From Lingula anatina (Eukaryota; Animalia; Brachiopoda): 64,000 nucleotides of DNA. The notes under the pieces were generated by a model, which did not search any database, was not told the origin of the DNA, and worked only from the letters and a program-made list of their open reading frames with translations. The translations under genes and the position numbers were made by a program. Below are positions 52,674 through 64,000 of this stretch, in pieces; positions within the stretch are counted from its first letter, which is position 1; each line of letters starts with the position of its first letter. The stretch spans positions 13,924,644 through 13,988,643 of the forward strand of contig CM120643.1 in assembly GCA_051362555.1 (NCBI GenBank). Reading direction: 5' to 3'.

Positions 52674-54403
52674 AAATCCAACTGGAGTAGATATGTCCCA
52701 CTTAAAGATCGAACGAATCCGTTCAATTACATTGTAAGGGGTATTGCTTGTCTGCCGACACTCGGTTTTATGCAGTGCTGTAATGGAAGCCTGAATAAAT
52801 TTTATTTCCTTCTAAATGCGTGTACATAGTTTGGTCTAGAGTGAAGCGCGCCCGGTTTAAGAATGGGCTCAACACAATAAGTAAGCACACATAAAACCAA
52901 ACATTAGGAATTATATAAATGTATTATGTTGTGAGGACCAATACATATTTAGTTTTATATTGAAAGAAATTAAACAACATGAGATGACACGAACGGACAG
53001 GACATTGCAATTATTTTTCATTAAGAATTATGACTTTTTGTTTTTGCAGAGCAGTTGGTGAAAATATCCAGTATCACAGGTGCCTGTAAAATTCCGAGCT
53101 CACCGCACAGTTTTCCTGTGCAACAGCTGCAACCCGATGTTTTTTTTTCTACTGGTTTTAAGAATTAATGAGACATGACTAATTGTTCTGCTGGAGGGCT
53201 TTTCATTAGATTTAACTTTGTTTTTATCTTTAGGTGAATCAGTTCAGTTTTGTGTTCTTAAAGGCGCCGCAGCGCGTGTAATGTACCCGAGGTGCATAAC
53301 CGAGTCGATTCGTCCATCTGTCGTACCCGAATTTGAGAGCCCCGTACAACGCATGCGCGCTTGGATTACCCAATTTGGTGTGTATAACATTATAAAACCT
53401 CAGTAATAGTCTGAAAAGAACTGTAAGTGAAAAGGCAGAATAGGGTTCAAGACCATGAACATTAAAGGTGTCCCCCCCCCCTTTTGACACAGAGGCCAGT
53501 CCCAGAAGCATTCGTCTAAGATTTTGTCTAGCAGTTGTATTGAGCTAAACCTGTCTGATTACTTTAATTAAACCATCATGATTACTTTATAAGGATATCC
53601 CTGTCAAAATGACGTGTGCAACCGGTCTCTCTCTCTCTCTGGTTTTACTTCCAGACACAACCCTGAGTGTCGATGTCATTAAAATTTGATGGACTAATGA
53701 CGCTTATTTTTAATATTTCACTAAATTTAGTACATCCAACAGTATTAGGTTCTTTTCAGTCATAAGTTACTGGGAGTACCTTTTATTATAACTGTGCACT
53801 GTGCATTCCATCTCAACAGAGCCCGTAAAAGCTATTTCTATTATTTTAATTCCATAACATTTGACAATCGCTCCGACTGATCTCTTTTTTGTGTCCTGTC
53901 TTTGAATTCTGGAATTGTATGATATTAGTACATTGGACTGTTGTTGTTGTTACTCGCATCCACGCCCCCCCCCCCCCCCCTTAAACCTCCTTTCACCGTT
54001 AGCGGAGGAAATTTAAGGTAACAAAAAAAGTTTATACAATATTTGCCTTAAAAAATTGAACTTACGTTGAGAGAAGAACACAGAAGTATAGAAGCAAAAG
54101 TCTGGAATATACTAACTCATTCAAACACAAGATGTTAATGCCATCCGTTCCGCATGGATTGAAGCACGCGACCCCCTTAATATAAAACCCGGTTTATCTT
54201 TTCGGCACTTTACAACTGTGGCCTGGGTGGGTGGGAGCTCTGTCTGCTCTGTAAGGAGATCCTTCCTTGAAGTGCCGCACGTCAGAGTGTTTATTATTTA
54301 TTATAGAGAAGGGTATTAACCGCAGTGTTAACCTGCTTGCCTTCGGGTTCAGACTCTCCGTGGCCAAAGTTCTTTGCATGCAGGAGTAGGGAGAGAGAGG
54401 GCT

Positions 54404-56499
54404 ATGGGGAAAATGCTGCCGTGTTTCTACAAAATACTGCTTGTTTGTTGGCTATATTGCCTACAAGATTGCACGTGCCGTGCACGTGAGACGCGAGGAT
54501 ACGGAGAAGTGAGTATAAACGGTCTAGACTCCAAAATGAGAGACATAGCCTACAGCTAGCACGCAAGAACTCGATGTGTGGGTTCTAGAAGTTTTAAAAG
54601 TTTGTGAATGCTGATTTGGTCAATTCTCGGCAATCTGCATGCTACATTGAGTAAACATGCTTGTCCCACGTTGGCCATTGTTATTTACCTAAGTATCAAT
54701 TAAACAGGTGGTATCGGGTATTAGCTTACCCACCCCCCTCCAACCCCATTAAGCAGGGCACTGAACATGATCAATTTAGTTGCTTTCTCATGAATTTGGT
54801 TCTTACTTATCGCATCTGGTTATTTCTAAGTGTTTTCTTTCAAGTGCACAGAACAGGTTCATTTACTGTACTCAAATATATACATGCCTATATATCTTCA
54901 GAGAGACAGCATATCAAGAATTACAATGATTGAATTTGTCGTTTAAAAAGTAATTTTCGCAATGAATGTGTTTCTGCTACTTCCACACAAACACTGGAAT
55001 CGTTTGTATCATTCCGTTATAATGCAATATTATAGACTATTGTATGTGCAGCTGGAATCGCTTCTACCATGTGTGTTTGTGTTATGTCCGCTGTGCTAAC
55101 ATTCTATACATTTAGTATATTTGAGCACGCTTTCGCGTTGGAAGACGTGTCCTCTATGATTAAAAAAAACGATTGCTTCGAATATGTTCCCTACTAAACA
55201 CACTGGGAAGTATAGTTACCTGGTGAGCAGCAAACATAGTGGGGTGGACATACTAGTTTTATCCCCAACCTCCACCTTCAAGACCAATTTACTGAGAAAC
55301 AGGCCCGTAGCCCTAGGATGGGGGACAGGCGTTCGAATGAACCGTCCTTTTTGCTGGGAAAAGGTTTGTTCTGGGTAAATTTTGACCTAGGTACACGAAG
55401 ATGTTATAAGGTCCACTTTTTCACGGTAAAAAGTCCTCCTTTTCAGAGGGACCTGGTAAACATAGTTTTTTTTATCATTTAGACTGTAAATAAAAATCGA
55501 TCTATTCCTAAAAGGACACCCCACACAAGCTTACGTTTGCAGACAATGGAAACCCTTTATCTGTTAAGGTCCACGACTCTATCCCAGTATGCTGTCAAAA
55601 ACTGCTCTGCGTGACAAACCATTCCAAGAACGCATTCAGAACAGCGAAGTAATAGATCCACGGATCAAATATGGCCACCCACTAAAAAGCTTACCGCTTA
55701 ATTTCCGGTTAGACAATGAATAGGTTCTCTGCAGGGATTACGCAACAAGCATTCAATTGGGACAGCCATATTTGATCCGCTATCTGTTTGTCCGCTGTTC
55801 GGAATGCGCTCTTATAATGCCTGCGACCTAAGCGGCTAATTTTTTATAGTGACTTTTCTCCTTTGCTCATTATATGACCATCCATGTATAATATGCAATC
55901 GTTTGCGAGAATCTTAAGAAATCATATGAGATATTTTTTCAGATTCCATATAATGAGTTGAGTGATGAACCGCAGGGCAGCGGTGACATTGACCCTAAAG
56001 GTATGTTAGAACTGACCCTGGGATGAAGTACGGGGTGTCTCGTTCTATATATATATATGTTTTTTAATATTATATTAAAATATAATATAAATGGGTTCCA
56101 TCTATATTGAAACATCCTGTATCTCCAATTAGAAAATTTAAAAAATCGAATCAATATTTCTAACGGGGTAAGAACGTAAGAGGAGTAACAAATGTACATA
56201 TTCTTTAATTATTCTTGTTACATAGGGTATATACTTTTAAAATCCATTGGAGATAAAGAAAAAAAAATGGTTGAAAATTATTTCAAGTGATGCAGTTAAA
56301 TTTTAAAAAAAACTGCATGTTAAGATGGTGGTTTTCAGAGGCCGGTGACTCTGGCTGTGGTAACCACGGTTGTTCTCAAGTGTGTGAAGTTATCGGCGGC
56401 ATCCCCACGTGTCAGTGCATGAGTGGCTATATTTTAGAGGAAAACGGGAAGACGTGTGCAGGTGACCTCTTAACTCTTGGACTCCTACTCCTCCTCCAC

Positions 56500-56557
<58 letters not shown>

Positions 56558-59500
56558 CACCCACACACAAACACAAACAAACACGCACACAAACACACAC
56601 ACGCTTTTGATAACAAATGTGGGGCTTGGCACCAATAGGGTATTAAAGGGAAAACAACAAAGAGTTTCCTTAAAAAAGATTTTAAAAATGATACATTTTT
56701 ATTTAAGCAATTCGCCTATAGAAAACAAATTATTATTCAGATTTAGATGAATGTGCCCTGGAAATCTGCGGGGAGCAGGCACGCTGCGTCAACAGCGTTG
56801 GCTCGTTCAGTTGCACGTGCCGCCAAGGTTACTTGATGGAACATGACGGGGTTTGTTATGGTATGTATGCACCATCTTCCGATTCCACTTAAGGGGCTAT
56901 AACTTATTTCGTTAAAGGCTCAAGTGATGACATGTACCCCGGTACGTCAATGCTTCCCACGAAATAATATATTTAAACTCCTGTGCAAAAAATTGGATTT
57001 AGCGCGAATATTGAAAACGCATGGCTTGGAACTGGTGTGAGTTCTAGGAATGGAAGTCCGATTAGTAAAGGTTAGGGTCAGTCGAAGTATTGGGGTCAGT
57101 ATTTGGGACGAATGTACAAAATAATAGGAAGCGGACTAGTTCCTGGCGATTTGCCATTCCTGTCACACAGGTTTGAGCAAAGTAAAAAAAAAGAAAAAAC
57201 AGATATTTATTGGATTTTTGCTTGCAGCACAACATCATAATAAAGGCGGAGGAATTAAGTAGAAAAATTGTTAAGAAACTTTAAAAATTGCTGATTTAAT
57301 ATCTACGCATCAATATTCCGGAAACGATCCATTTAATCGTAATATTTGCAACAGGATATAGTCTCTGCTCAAAACGGCTAAGAGGTGGAAACTGGCTATG
57401 CTAAAGAAGGCTAATAAAGAGTTACTGCCAGGCCCCAACCCAGTCTAAATAACTTAAAACATGATTTGATTTGTCCAATGAGTTTTGTAGCTTATTGATT
57501 TGTCTATATGTTGACGTCATCTAGACTGAAACACACTGTACAACGCTGCATACAATTTCAAAATAATTTATCGTTATCAGGTAAAGAATAGACATAAAAC
57601 ACAGTCGCTCTTAAGCGCTCTTTATTAAAGCAAAAGCAGTATCTAATAAATCAACCCGTTAGGTTATACAGGAAAATATAATTGTGATCGATTTTATAAA
57701 ATTTTTATCTAAACATTTTTGAATTTTCTGTTCAGAAAGTATTTTTTTCTTATCCATAAAGATAAACAGATCGATCATCAAAACAAATTACTTACACAGC
57801 TTTTATCCATCACTGATTTTTGGTAAAAAGATTTCACCGCAAACTGATATTTTGGTAAAAAGATTTCACTGCAAACTTTAAGTAGAACTGAAAATAACTG
57901 CAGAGCTATGTATTTAGTTTTATGATTTAATATACATTTCAGACAAGGACGAGTGTTTAAATAGCACTATTTGCGGAGAAAGCGCGGAGTGTATGAATAC
58001 TCTAGGTTCATACGTCTGTAAATGTCCTCAGAATTTCCACTGGGATGGCGGGAAATGTGCAGGTGCGTGAACATTGCTAAATTTTCTGTAAAAAGGCTCA
58101 TAGTCCGAAAGTCGTGGAAACGCATGCTTCTTTCAGCAAACTGTTAAAAAAATACCTTTAAATCTATGGTAGCAACACGCATGGTTGCTGTTGTATTGGC
58201 AAAATCACAACGAATGGACGAGAGTAATAGATATTTTACTTGTGTCACAGCTTTGCAGACGTGGGCGCGCTCAAACGGAATTGCGTTCAGGTGTGTGTGT
58301 GTGTGTGTGTGCGTGCGTGTGCGCGTGTTAGTAATTACTTGGTACCAATGGCGATGCCTCTTGCGTCGGTCCACTTATCACTGCTGGTGTAGACCCCACA
58401 GCCTCCAAAATGGATTTCGGTGAAGAAAAAATAATTGGTCGGCATTGTTCTACCAGATGGAGGCTGACGCGCGGACTGTCGCCAGTTTCTATGCAGCTGG
58501 TAGAAGTAAGGGTTGTGTGGAATCGGATTTTTCTCATCGTGGTTGGGAAACGTGGCGAAATAACTATTCGGGTTGCGGTCGCAGTTGGTAAAAGTGACAT
58601 CTCTTCCATTGCTACGAAAACCTTGTGCTGCTTTCGAGGGATCAGCGGCGACGTTGGTCGGCAGGAAGCCCAAAAACATGTACGGTCCAAGTGCCTTGTT
58701 GTTAGGGCCCTGGTAGCCATCATTACTGTTGATGGAAACGTGTACAGGGATCGAAGAATACGCGGCGAGTTGCTGAAGAATGGTATACGGCTGAGAGCCT
58801 GTCCGTTCCAGAATTCGAACCAACACTTGTGAAGTGTCGGTAGTCAGAGGAGACAGGTCGAGTCCTGCGCCGTCCACGATGACAGAGCTCGGGAGGAAGG
58901 TGTAGCCTCCGCCGTTAAGGCCCATCTCACAGTAAACCTGGACGGGCCCTATGTTGGTGCTGATGGTATAGGTGCCGCTGACTGCATTTGGAATCTCCTG
59001 TAGGATCTCATTGCAAGACTGATACTGCCCAATAGATAACTTACTCTGGAATATTAGAAATCAAATCAATTATTGGAAATCAATTATTTTAATTATCATT
59101 TTCGATTTAAAATAAACACCGAATAGCCTCTATATTTATTCTACCTTCATAGTCCCTAACCACGAATTAAAAAAAAAATTGTACAATCTGGATACTGTTT
59201 TTTTTCCGTCGTATCTTTATTTTGATTTTGGGTTGTTCTCATAGTGTTTATCTTGGGTGTTATTGATTCTAGCTTATGATAAAATTATCTGTTTTACCTA
59301 TACAGCAACCTATGACGCCATAGGTAATATGCAAATAGTAACAAATTAAAGGCATACTCTGGAAAGAGAGCCCAGGGAAAGAGTATCTTGATTTGCGGTG
59401 ACTAGCCTGAAAGGGGGTATTATAACGACGACGAGGTTCTGGAGTCTTCAATCATTTATTCACCACTTAATTTTCATACAATTTTACCCATATTTATACT

Positions 59501-61430
59501 CTAATTCTCCGTACTGATCACGCGTGTAATTATGTTCTTTTTATTGTTTATTGCGTGATTTCCAGAAACTTTCCATTGTCATGTTTATTTTACCATAGAA
59601 CATTCCCTTATTAGGTAATGTCTAAGAACCTTGTTTTCAACTAAACTCATCCAAAATACTATTTGCATTACTCATACTTGAATCATGTCCAAAACTTAGT
59701 TATCATGTGATAAACAGTTGATCAAAATTAAAATCTGTTATGAAATTAACCAATCACATTAAATGTTATTGACTTTGACCTTTTCCATCTTCTTCTGACA
59801 CTCTTCTACACTTGTTGACACTCGATGAAGCTTAATTTGCACTCAATATCACTCTAACTTTTCATCTATTTGATTTCCCTTTCATTACTAATTGTAATGA
59901 GTGTAAGGTTAAGTAATTAACTTTACAACAGGGGTAGATAACGCACACATTTCAGACTTCTTTGTTGTTTTGAATTAAGCCTGTACGTAAAGAATCCACC
60001 CACCAAATCTTTCAACTCTGCGATTTGTTTCTCAAGAGAGCCGACTTTTTCTTGGTATTCCGTCTGTAGTTTGGTCCTCACAGCGGTTTCCTCAGAAAGC
60101 AGCATCCTCAGCGTCTTAACCGTGCATTGACAGGTTTCCTCGCCCGTTGAATTACCAAGACAGGTGACTACCTTGGAGCTTGTGGTTAAAAAATAGATGA
60201 CAAAAAGCGTCATATATGCCGTCCACGTCCTCGCCATCTTCAGTGATGTCTTTCTCTCAAAGTGTTACCAATTTTGTGACCACATCCGTGACTTATCGGC
60301 ACTTAGATATAACAGACCCAGGCTCCATTCAAACTGATGGTGTGATTGTGGTCGCGTTCATAACGGTTTCAACAAAACAGTTATAATTCGGTCATTAGTA
60401 ATTTTTTAATCTCGCTTCCACCTCCAATCCCTTTCAGTGATTCTGAGCGTTGGGCTGGGTTATAAACAGATTGCATTGTGGGCATTGGAATTGAGCGTCT
60501 ACTTCCTGGAATCAAAACGTTAACGATAACTGCTCTGAATGGGGCCTTTGTAATCATTATGTACTAAGGACTCTTTATGTGCTGCGCGTGATCTTCCTGT
60601 AACCTAATTCCTTCATAGCACTATGTTGTTTAACGGAGTCAGATGGCATCAAGACACCAACGAACGCAGTCACTCCGTTCACTCTGACTCAGGTGGAATA
60701 TTGCTTATCGGCGACTGTCTGTTTACCACGATCGACCGGTGGCGTATCTATGAATTTAAAAACTTAATAAAAATACCTATTTTGTCGGGGTGTCTGTTAT
60801 ATTGCTTAAGCAAAACTAGTTAAAACTTATTTATGTGGTAGGATGATCAATTGAAAAGGACGTTTTGGAGCAAAAACCGACAAATGTTGATGATAAAATT
60901 CCCGGCGGCACGGACCATTTGTCATTATTTATTGCCGATTACAATGTAACTCTCTGTCGAGTTTCAAACTCAAGCATACCCTATTACTAGAAGTTTTAAA
61001 CATCAGACATTATACGGTAAATTTTCCGTTACATGTACATGCATTACATGAATTTCACTTTCGGCAAACGTTCAATTTTTTTGACGCGGAGGACGTAAGA
61101 CGTCTATGACCATTATCTATAGTTTGTTTCAAAGGTTGAATTAAATTTATTTAAAAACGATTAGCCTACGAAAGATCCCCAAGAACAGAATTTGAACAAG
61201 CCCTGATAATGATATTTGTATAGCACGGATAAGACGACTTTATATGTCAACTGAGATTTTCCATGATGCAATGCTTTATTATATACGTCAATATGCATAT
61301 CATCCACTGTAGCTTTAAATGTACCAGTACTAGTCATATAATGTGGTTCTATAAAGATCCGGAAAGTCGATGCTTATTATTTGATTTTCATGTCATCTGA
61401 AGAACGTGCCGCTTATTATAAATTCGAGGT

Positions 61431-61472
<42 letters not shown>

Positions 61473-63548
61473 TGTGTTGATATTTCAGTTATAGATATAT
61501 ATTGCAGTTGTTGTTTATTTCTCTGATAATTTAGCTAAGCATAGCAATGAAACCTTTTTAAAATGGCTCAGTCGGACTGAATTTGTCAGCCGATTTGTTT
61601 TCTTTTAAGAAAGCAAAATATTAATCTGTACAATCTTTTACAGATTTTGACGAGTGTACAAATCCTAACAGGTGCCCGAGTACGAAACAGTGTGTTAATA
61701 CCCCGGGCAGCTTCCAGTGTATATGCCCTGCTGGGTTCACGGGGAGTCAGGACAGAAATTGCATTGGTAGGATGAGAGGTCAATGGAGATGAAAACTTCG
61801 TTTAATAACGATCAATTGCATTGGAGATGAAAACTTCGCTTAATAATCATCAGTGGAGATGAAAACGTCGTTTAATAATGAAAATTTCGTTTAATAATAT
61901 TAATAATAATAATAAATATGTAAAAATATTAACTGACCAGAATTTGGATTGTTTTCTTCTGACATTGTAAAGCATATCTCTTAATTCAACAGATATTGTG
62001 CGGTCTGTTAAAAAGTTAATGCAGACGTATCCTTGTTAAAGAAAATTAATTTCTCCATGATTTGGTATTCTATATAACATACGCCCAAATCCGTAGTCTA
62101 TCCATTAAATCTTACTAATTATTTTGGAAATTACAACTTCTTTTTTATGTGTACGTGTGTGCAAATGGGGGGGGGGGGGGGTAAACCTGGAAAATATAAA
62201 AGTAATGACTATCGACTAACCATTGACCATTAACCATTCTTGTCTTCTTTTTTTATCGTAGACATTGATGAATGTGATACAATCTCACTGAACACGTGCG
62301 CGGACAAATCCTACTGCAGCAACACCCAGGGCTCCTATTCCTGCCAATGCTTTAACGGATTTACGGGGAATGGGCATACGTGTGACGGTGTGTTGTTGGC
62401 AATCTTTGTTTGCCCGGTTAATTGTCCGTATTCTGCTTTTCTTTCGCATTAATTAATTAATTTATATATCTATAGATCTATTCATTTATCCATTCGGTCA
62501 TTATTACCTCCGCCAAGGTACCTACTGTTTGTTTGTTTGTCTGTCTGTCTGTCTGTCATCAACATAACTCAAAAAGTTATGGACCGATTTTGATGAAATT
62601 TTCAGGAACTGTCAGAAGTGGGCCAAGGAACAGATGATTAGTTTATGGTGGTGATTCGGATCAATAATCAATCAATAATCAATAATAATAATAATAATAA
62701 ATCGCTGCCTTGGCGGAGGTCTGCGCTCTTGGAGTGCTTCTCTAGTTCTTTATATATTTTATTCTATATTTATCAATTCAATTTTTCTGCTTGTCCCTTT
62801 AAATTCTATTTTACCTTATTTTAATACAGTTCACTTTATTTTATTTTATTTTATTTTATTTTATTTTATTTTATTTTATGTCATTCTGTCACAGATATCG
62901 ACGAATGTGCCCTGAGTAACGGCGGATGTGGTGGGGTGTGCAACAACGTGCCTGGTAGCTACTACTGCAGCTGTAACACCGGGTACATCCTTAGCAATGA
63001 CGGCCAAAATTGTAGAGGTATGCGCACTTACCTCTCTCATAAATTAAACGGATATTTCGTTCGGTCTCAATGAAGCCCACTGTCATCTCTCATCAGCATT
63101 GTTTCATGGGCGAAATTTCGAATCCTCCCTTATTTTCTTTTGGCAAGTTATGAAACTCAGATGTTTTAAACAACATACATTCTATACAGAAAGTCTCAGC
63201 CAATCCCAACAGTTTCTGTATCTTAGTTGTTGTGAAACCTTAAACTTACCGTCCATCTTTTGCGTAAGAATAGTACAATTTTTGCAGCACAGATTTTAAA
63301 TCTTACAAACATGTCAAAACGTTACTTTTTAATAAGAAAGATTAAAAACACCAAATAAACCGTGCCATGAACAGCCTTTTAAACTGACTGCAGCGTTTTT
63401 CCTCCTTAATTTTATATACTTTTAGACTATAACGAATGCAAAAGAAACAACGGGGGATGTGCACAGAACTGCACCAACACTGAGGGTTCATATCAGTGCC
63501 ACTGCACACAGGGGTATCAGCTCCATGTGAACCAGCGTGACTGCGTGG
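54404..63548 (+). CDS. Secreted/cell-surface protein with tandem (calcium-binding) EGF-like domains; continues beyond window
   Basis: Exons 54404-54508 (signal-peptide-like [25 protein letters not shown]), 55943-56000, 56339-56461, 56741-56860, 57943-58062, 61644-61766, 62262-62387, 62895-63017, 63426-63548. The last seven are symmetric phase-1 exons, one EGF each; six begin D(L/K/F/I/Y)(D/N)EC with C-x-N-x-x-G-S-(F/Y)-x-C-x-C. Confidence 0.85.
55627..55814. mobile_element. Palindromic MITE (same family as 45206-45396)
   Basis: aagaacgcattcagaacag...ctgttcggaatgcgctctta with ggatcaaatatggc/gccatatttgatcc inner inverted repeat. Confidence 0.7.
58335..60237 (-). CDS. Nested antisense gene: secreted ~314-aa protein with signal peptide, coiled coil and divergent fibrinogen-related/intelectin-like domain
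   Basis: Exon 60237-60004 ([26 protein letters not shown].., heptad [36 protein letters not shown], donor GTGGGT) joined in phase 0 to exon 59045-58335 (acceptor tttctaatattccag): [42 protein letters not shown]...[12 protein letters not shown]...[19 protein letters not shown]. Confidence 0.8.
61784..61900. repeat. Short minisatellite (tggagatgaaaacttcgtttaataa x3-4)
   Basis: Direct repeats visible at ~61784, ~61822, ~61854, ~61878. Confidence 0.7.
62501..62747 (+). mobile_element. Helentron/DINE-1-like (HINE) element
   Basis: Sub-terminal inverted repeats ACCTCCGCCAAGG / CCTTGGCGGAGGT, (GTTT)(GTCT)n microsatellite, 3' hairpin gcgctcttggagtgc then ctagtt; related copies at 48834-49062 and degenerate ~51308-51552. 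Confidence 0.75.
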
Positions 63549-63566
63549 GTAAGTGCAGTTCTTATA

Positions 63567-63838
63567 AGGACCGTTCCCGTAAACCCATCACACTAGCTGG
63601 ATCGATTTAATTTTGCGGGGATTCTCGCTATTAAAGAGCTTTCATTGTAATCAGCTTAATTTTCTGGCACGCCCTCTTGAGTAACTAAGGGGTAATTTGA
63701 CTATCGTTAATTACCCCCTAGCAACTTGAATAGGCGTGCCAGACACTTACGCCGCTTACACTGAATGCAATTTAGTGAGAATCCCCGCAGAGTAAGATCG
63801 AACCAGCTTGTGCGATGGGTTTATGGGAACGCAGTCAT
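63567..63838. mobile_element. Long-palindrome MITE in EGF-gene intron
   Basis: Arms cgttcccgtaaacccatc..gcggggattctc..ctggcacgcc..ggggtaatt / aattacccc..ggcgtgccag..gagaatccccgc..gatgggtttatgggaacg. Confidence 0.75.
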
Positions 63839-64000
63839 ACTGTATTTATTGAAAGAAAGTTTCATTTTGTACAGATCCATGGGGCGTAAACACATTGTCT
63901 CTCAATGGCTTAAAACGTTATCTTGACAAACATTGGTAAAAAAACCCCAAAAAACCCACGTATGAAAAACTTTTCTTGATGAATGTTCCTTGCGATTTCT

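Noticed and set aside
58328-58832. Alternative-frame ORFs (131 aa minus, 140 aa plus) overlapping the nested gene
   Set aside because: Shadow ORFs of a GC-richer coding exon with no motifs; the same applies to antisense ORFs over the FUT exons.
59780-59830. Possible extra phase-0 exon ([17 protein letters not shown]) in the nested gene
   Set aside because: Purine-rich acceptor context and weak donor (gtcaaa); not needed to keep frame.
56339-63548. Idea that neighbouring FUTs O-fucosylate these EGF repeats
   Set aside because: EGF O-fucosylation is done by POFUT1 (GT65), not this type of GT10, and the visible EGFs lack the C2-X4-(S/T)-C3 consensus (CGEQARC, CGESAEC, CPSTKQC, CADKSYC).
1-64000. 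tRNA, rRNA or snoRNA genes; prokaryotic operons or defence systems
   Set aside because: None recognisable by eye; the sequence is spliceosomal-intron-containing animal DNA. A tRNAscan/Infernal run would be needed to exclude small ncRNAs.

Overview
AT-rich, intron-rich animal (invertebrate, probably lophotrochozoan/mollusc-like; inference) genomic DNA, not prokaryotic. I reconstructed spliced genes by reading GT-AG boundaries and checking frame continuity. Left half, housekeeping block: AMFR/gp78 (minus, runs off the left edge), GINS3 head-to-head with it, cytoplasmic dynein light intermediate chain (with a U12-type intron and a candidate 21-nt microexon), and a peroxisomal D-aspartate/D-amino acid oxidase ending in SKL. 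Right half, cell-surface/glycan block: three tandem two-exon GT10 alpha-1,3-fucosyltransferases with a gene-conversion signature over the donor-binding motif, then a secreted multi-cbEGF protein (runs off the right edge). One intron of the cbEGF gene holds an antisense nested gene for a secreted coiled-coil plus divergent fibrinogen-like protein. Repeats: one degraded L2/CR1-group LINE whose empty site is visible in the paralog, and many MITEs (PIF/Harbinger-like, hAT-like, Helentron/HINE-like). Coordinates were counted by hand and may be off by a few bases for repeats.
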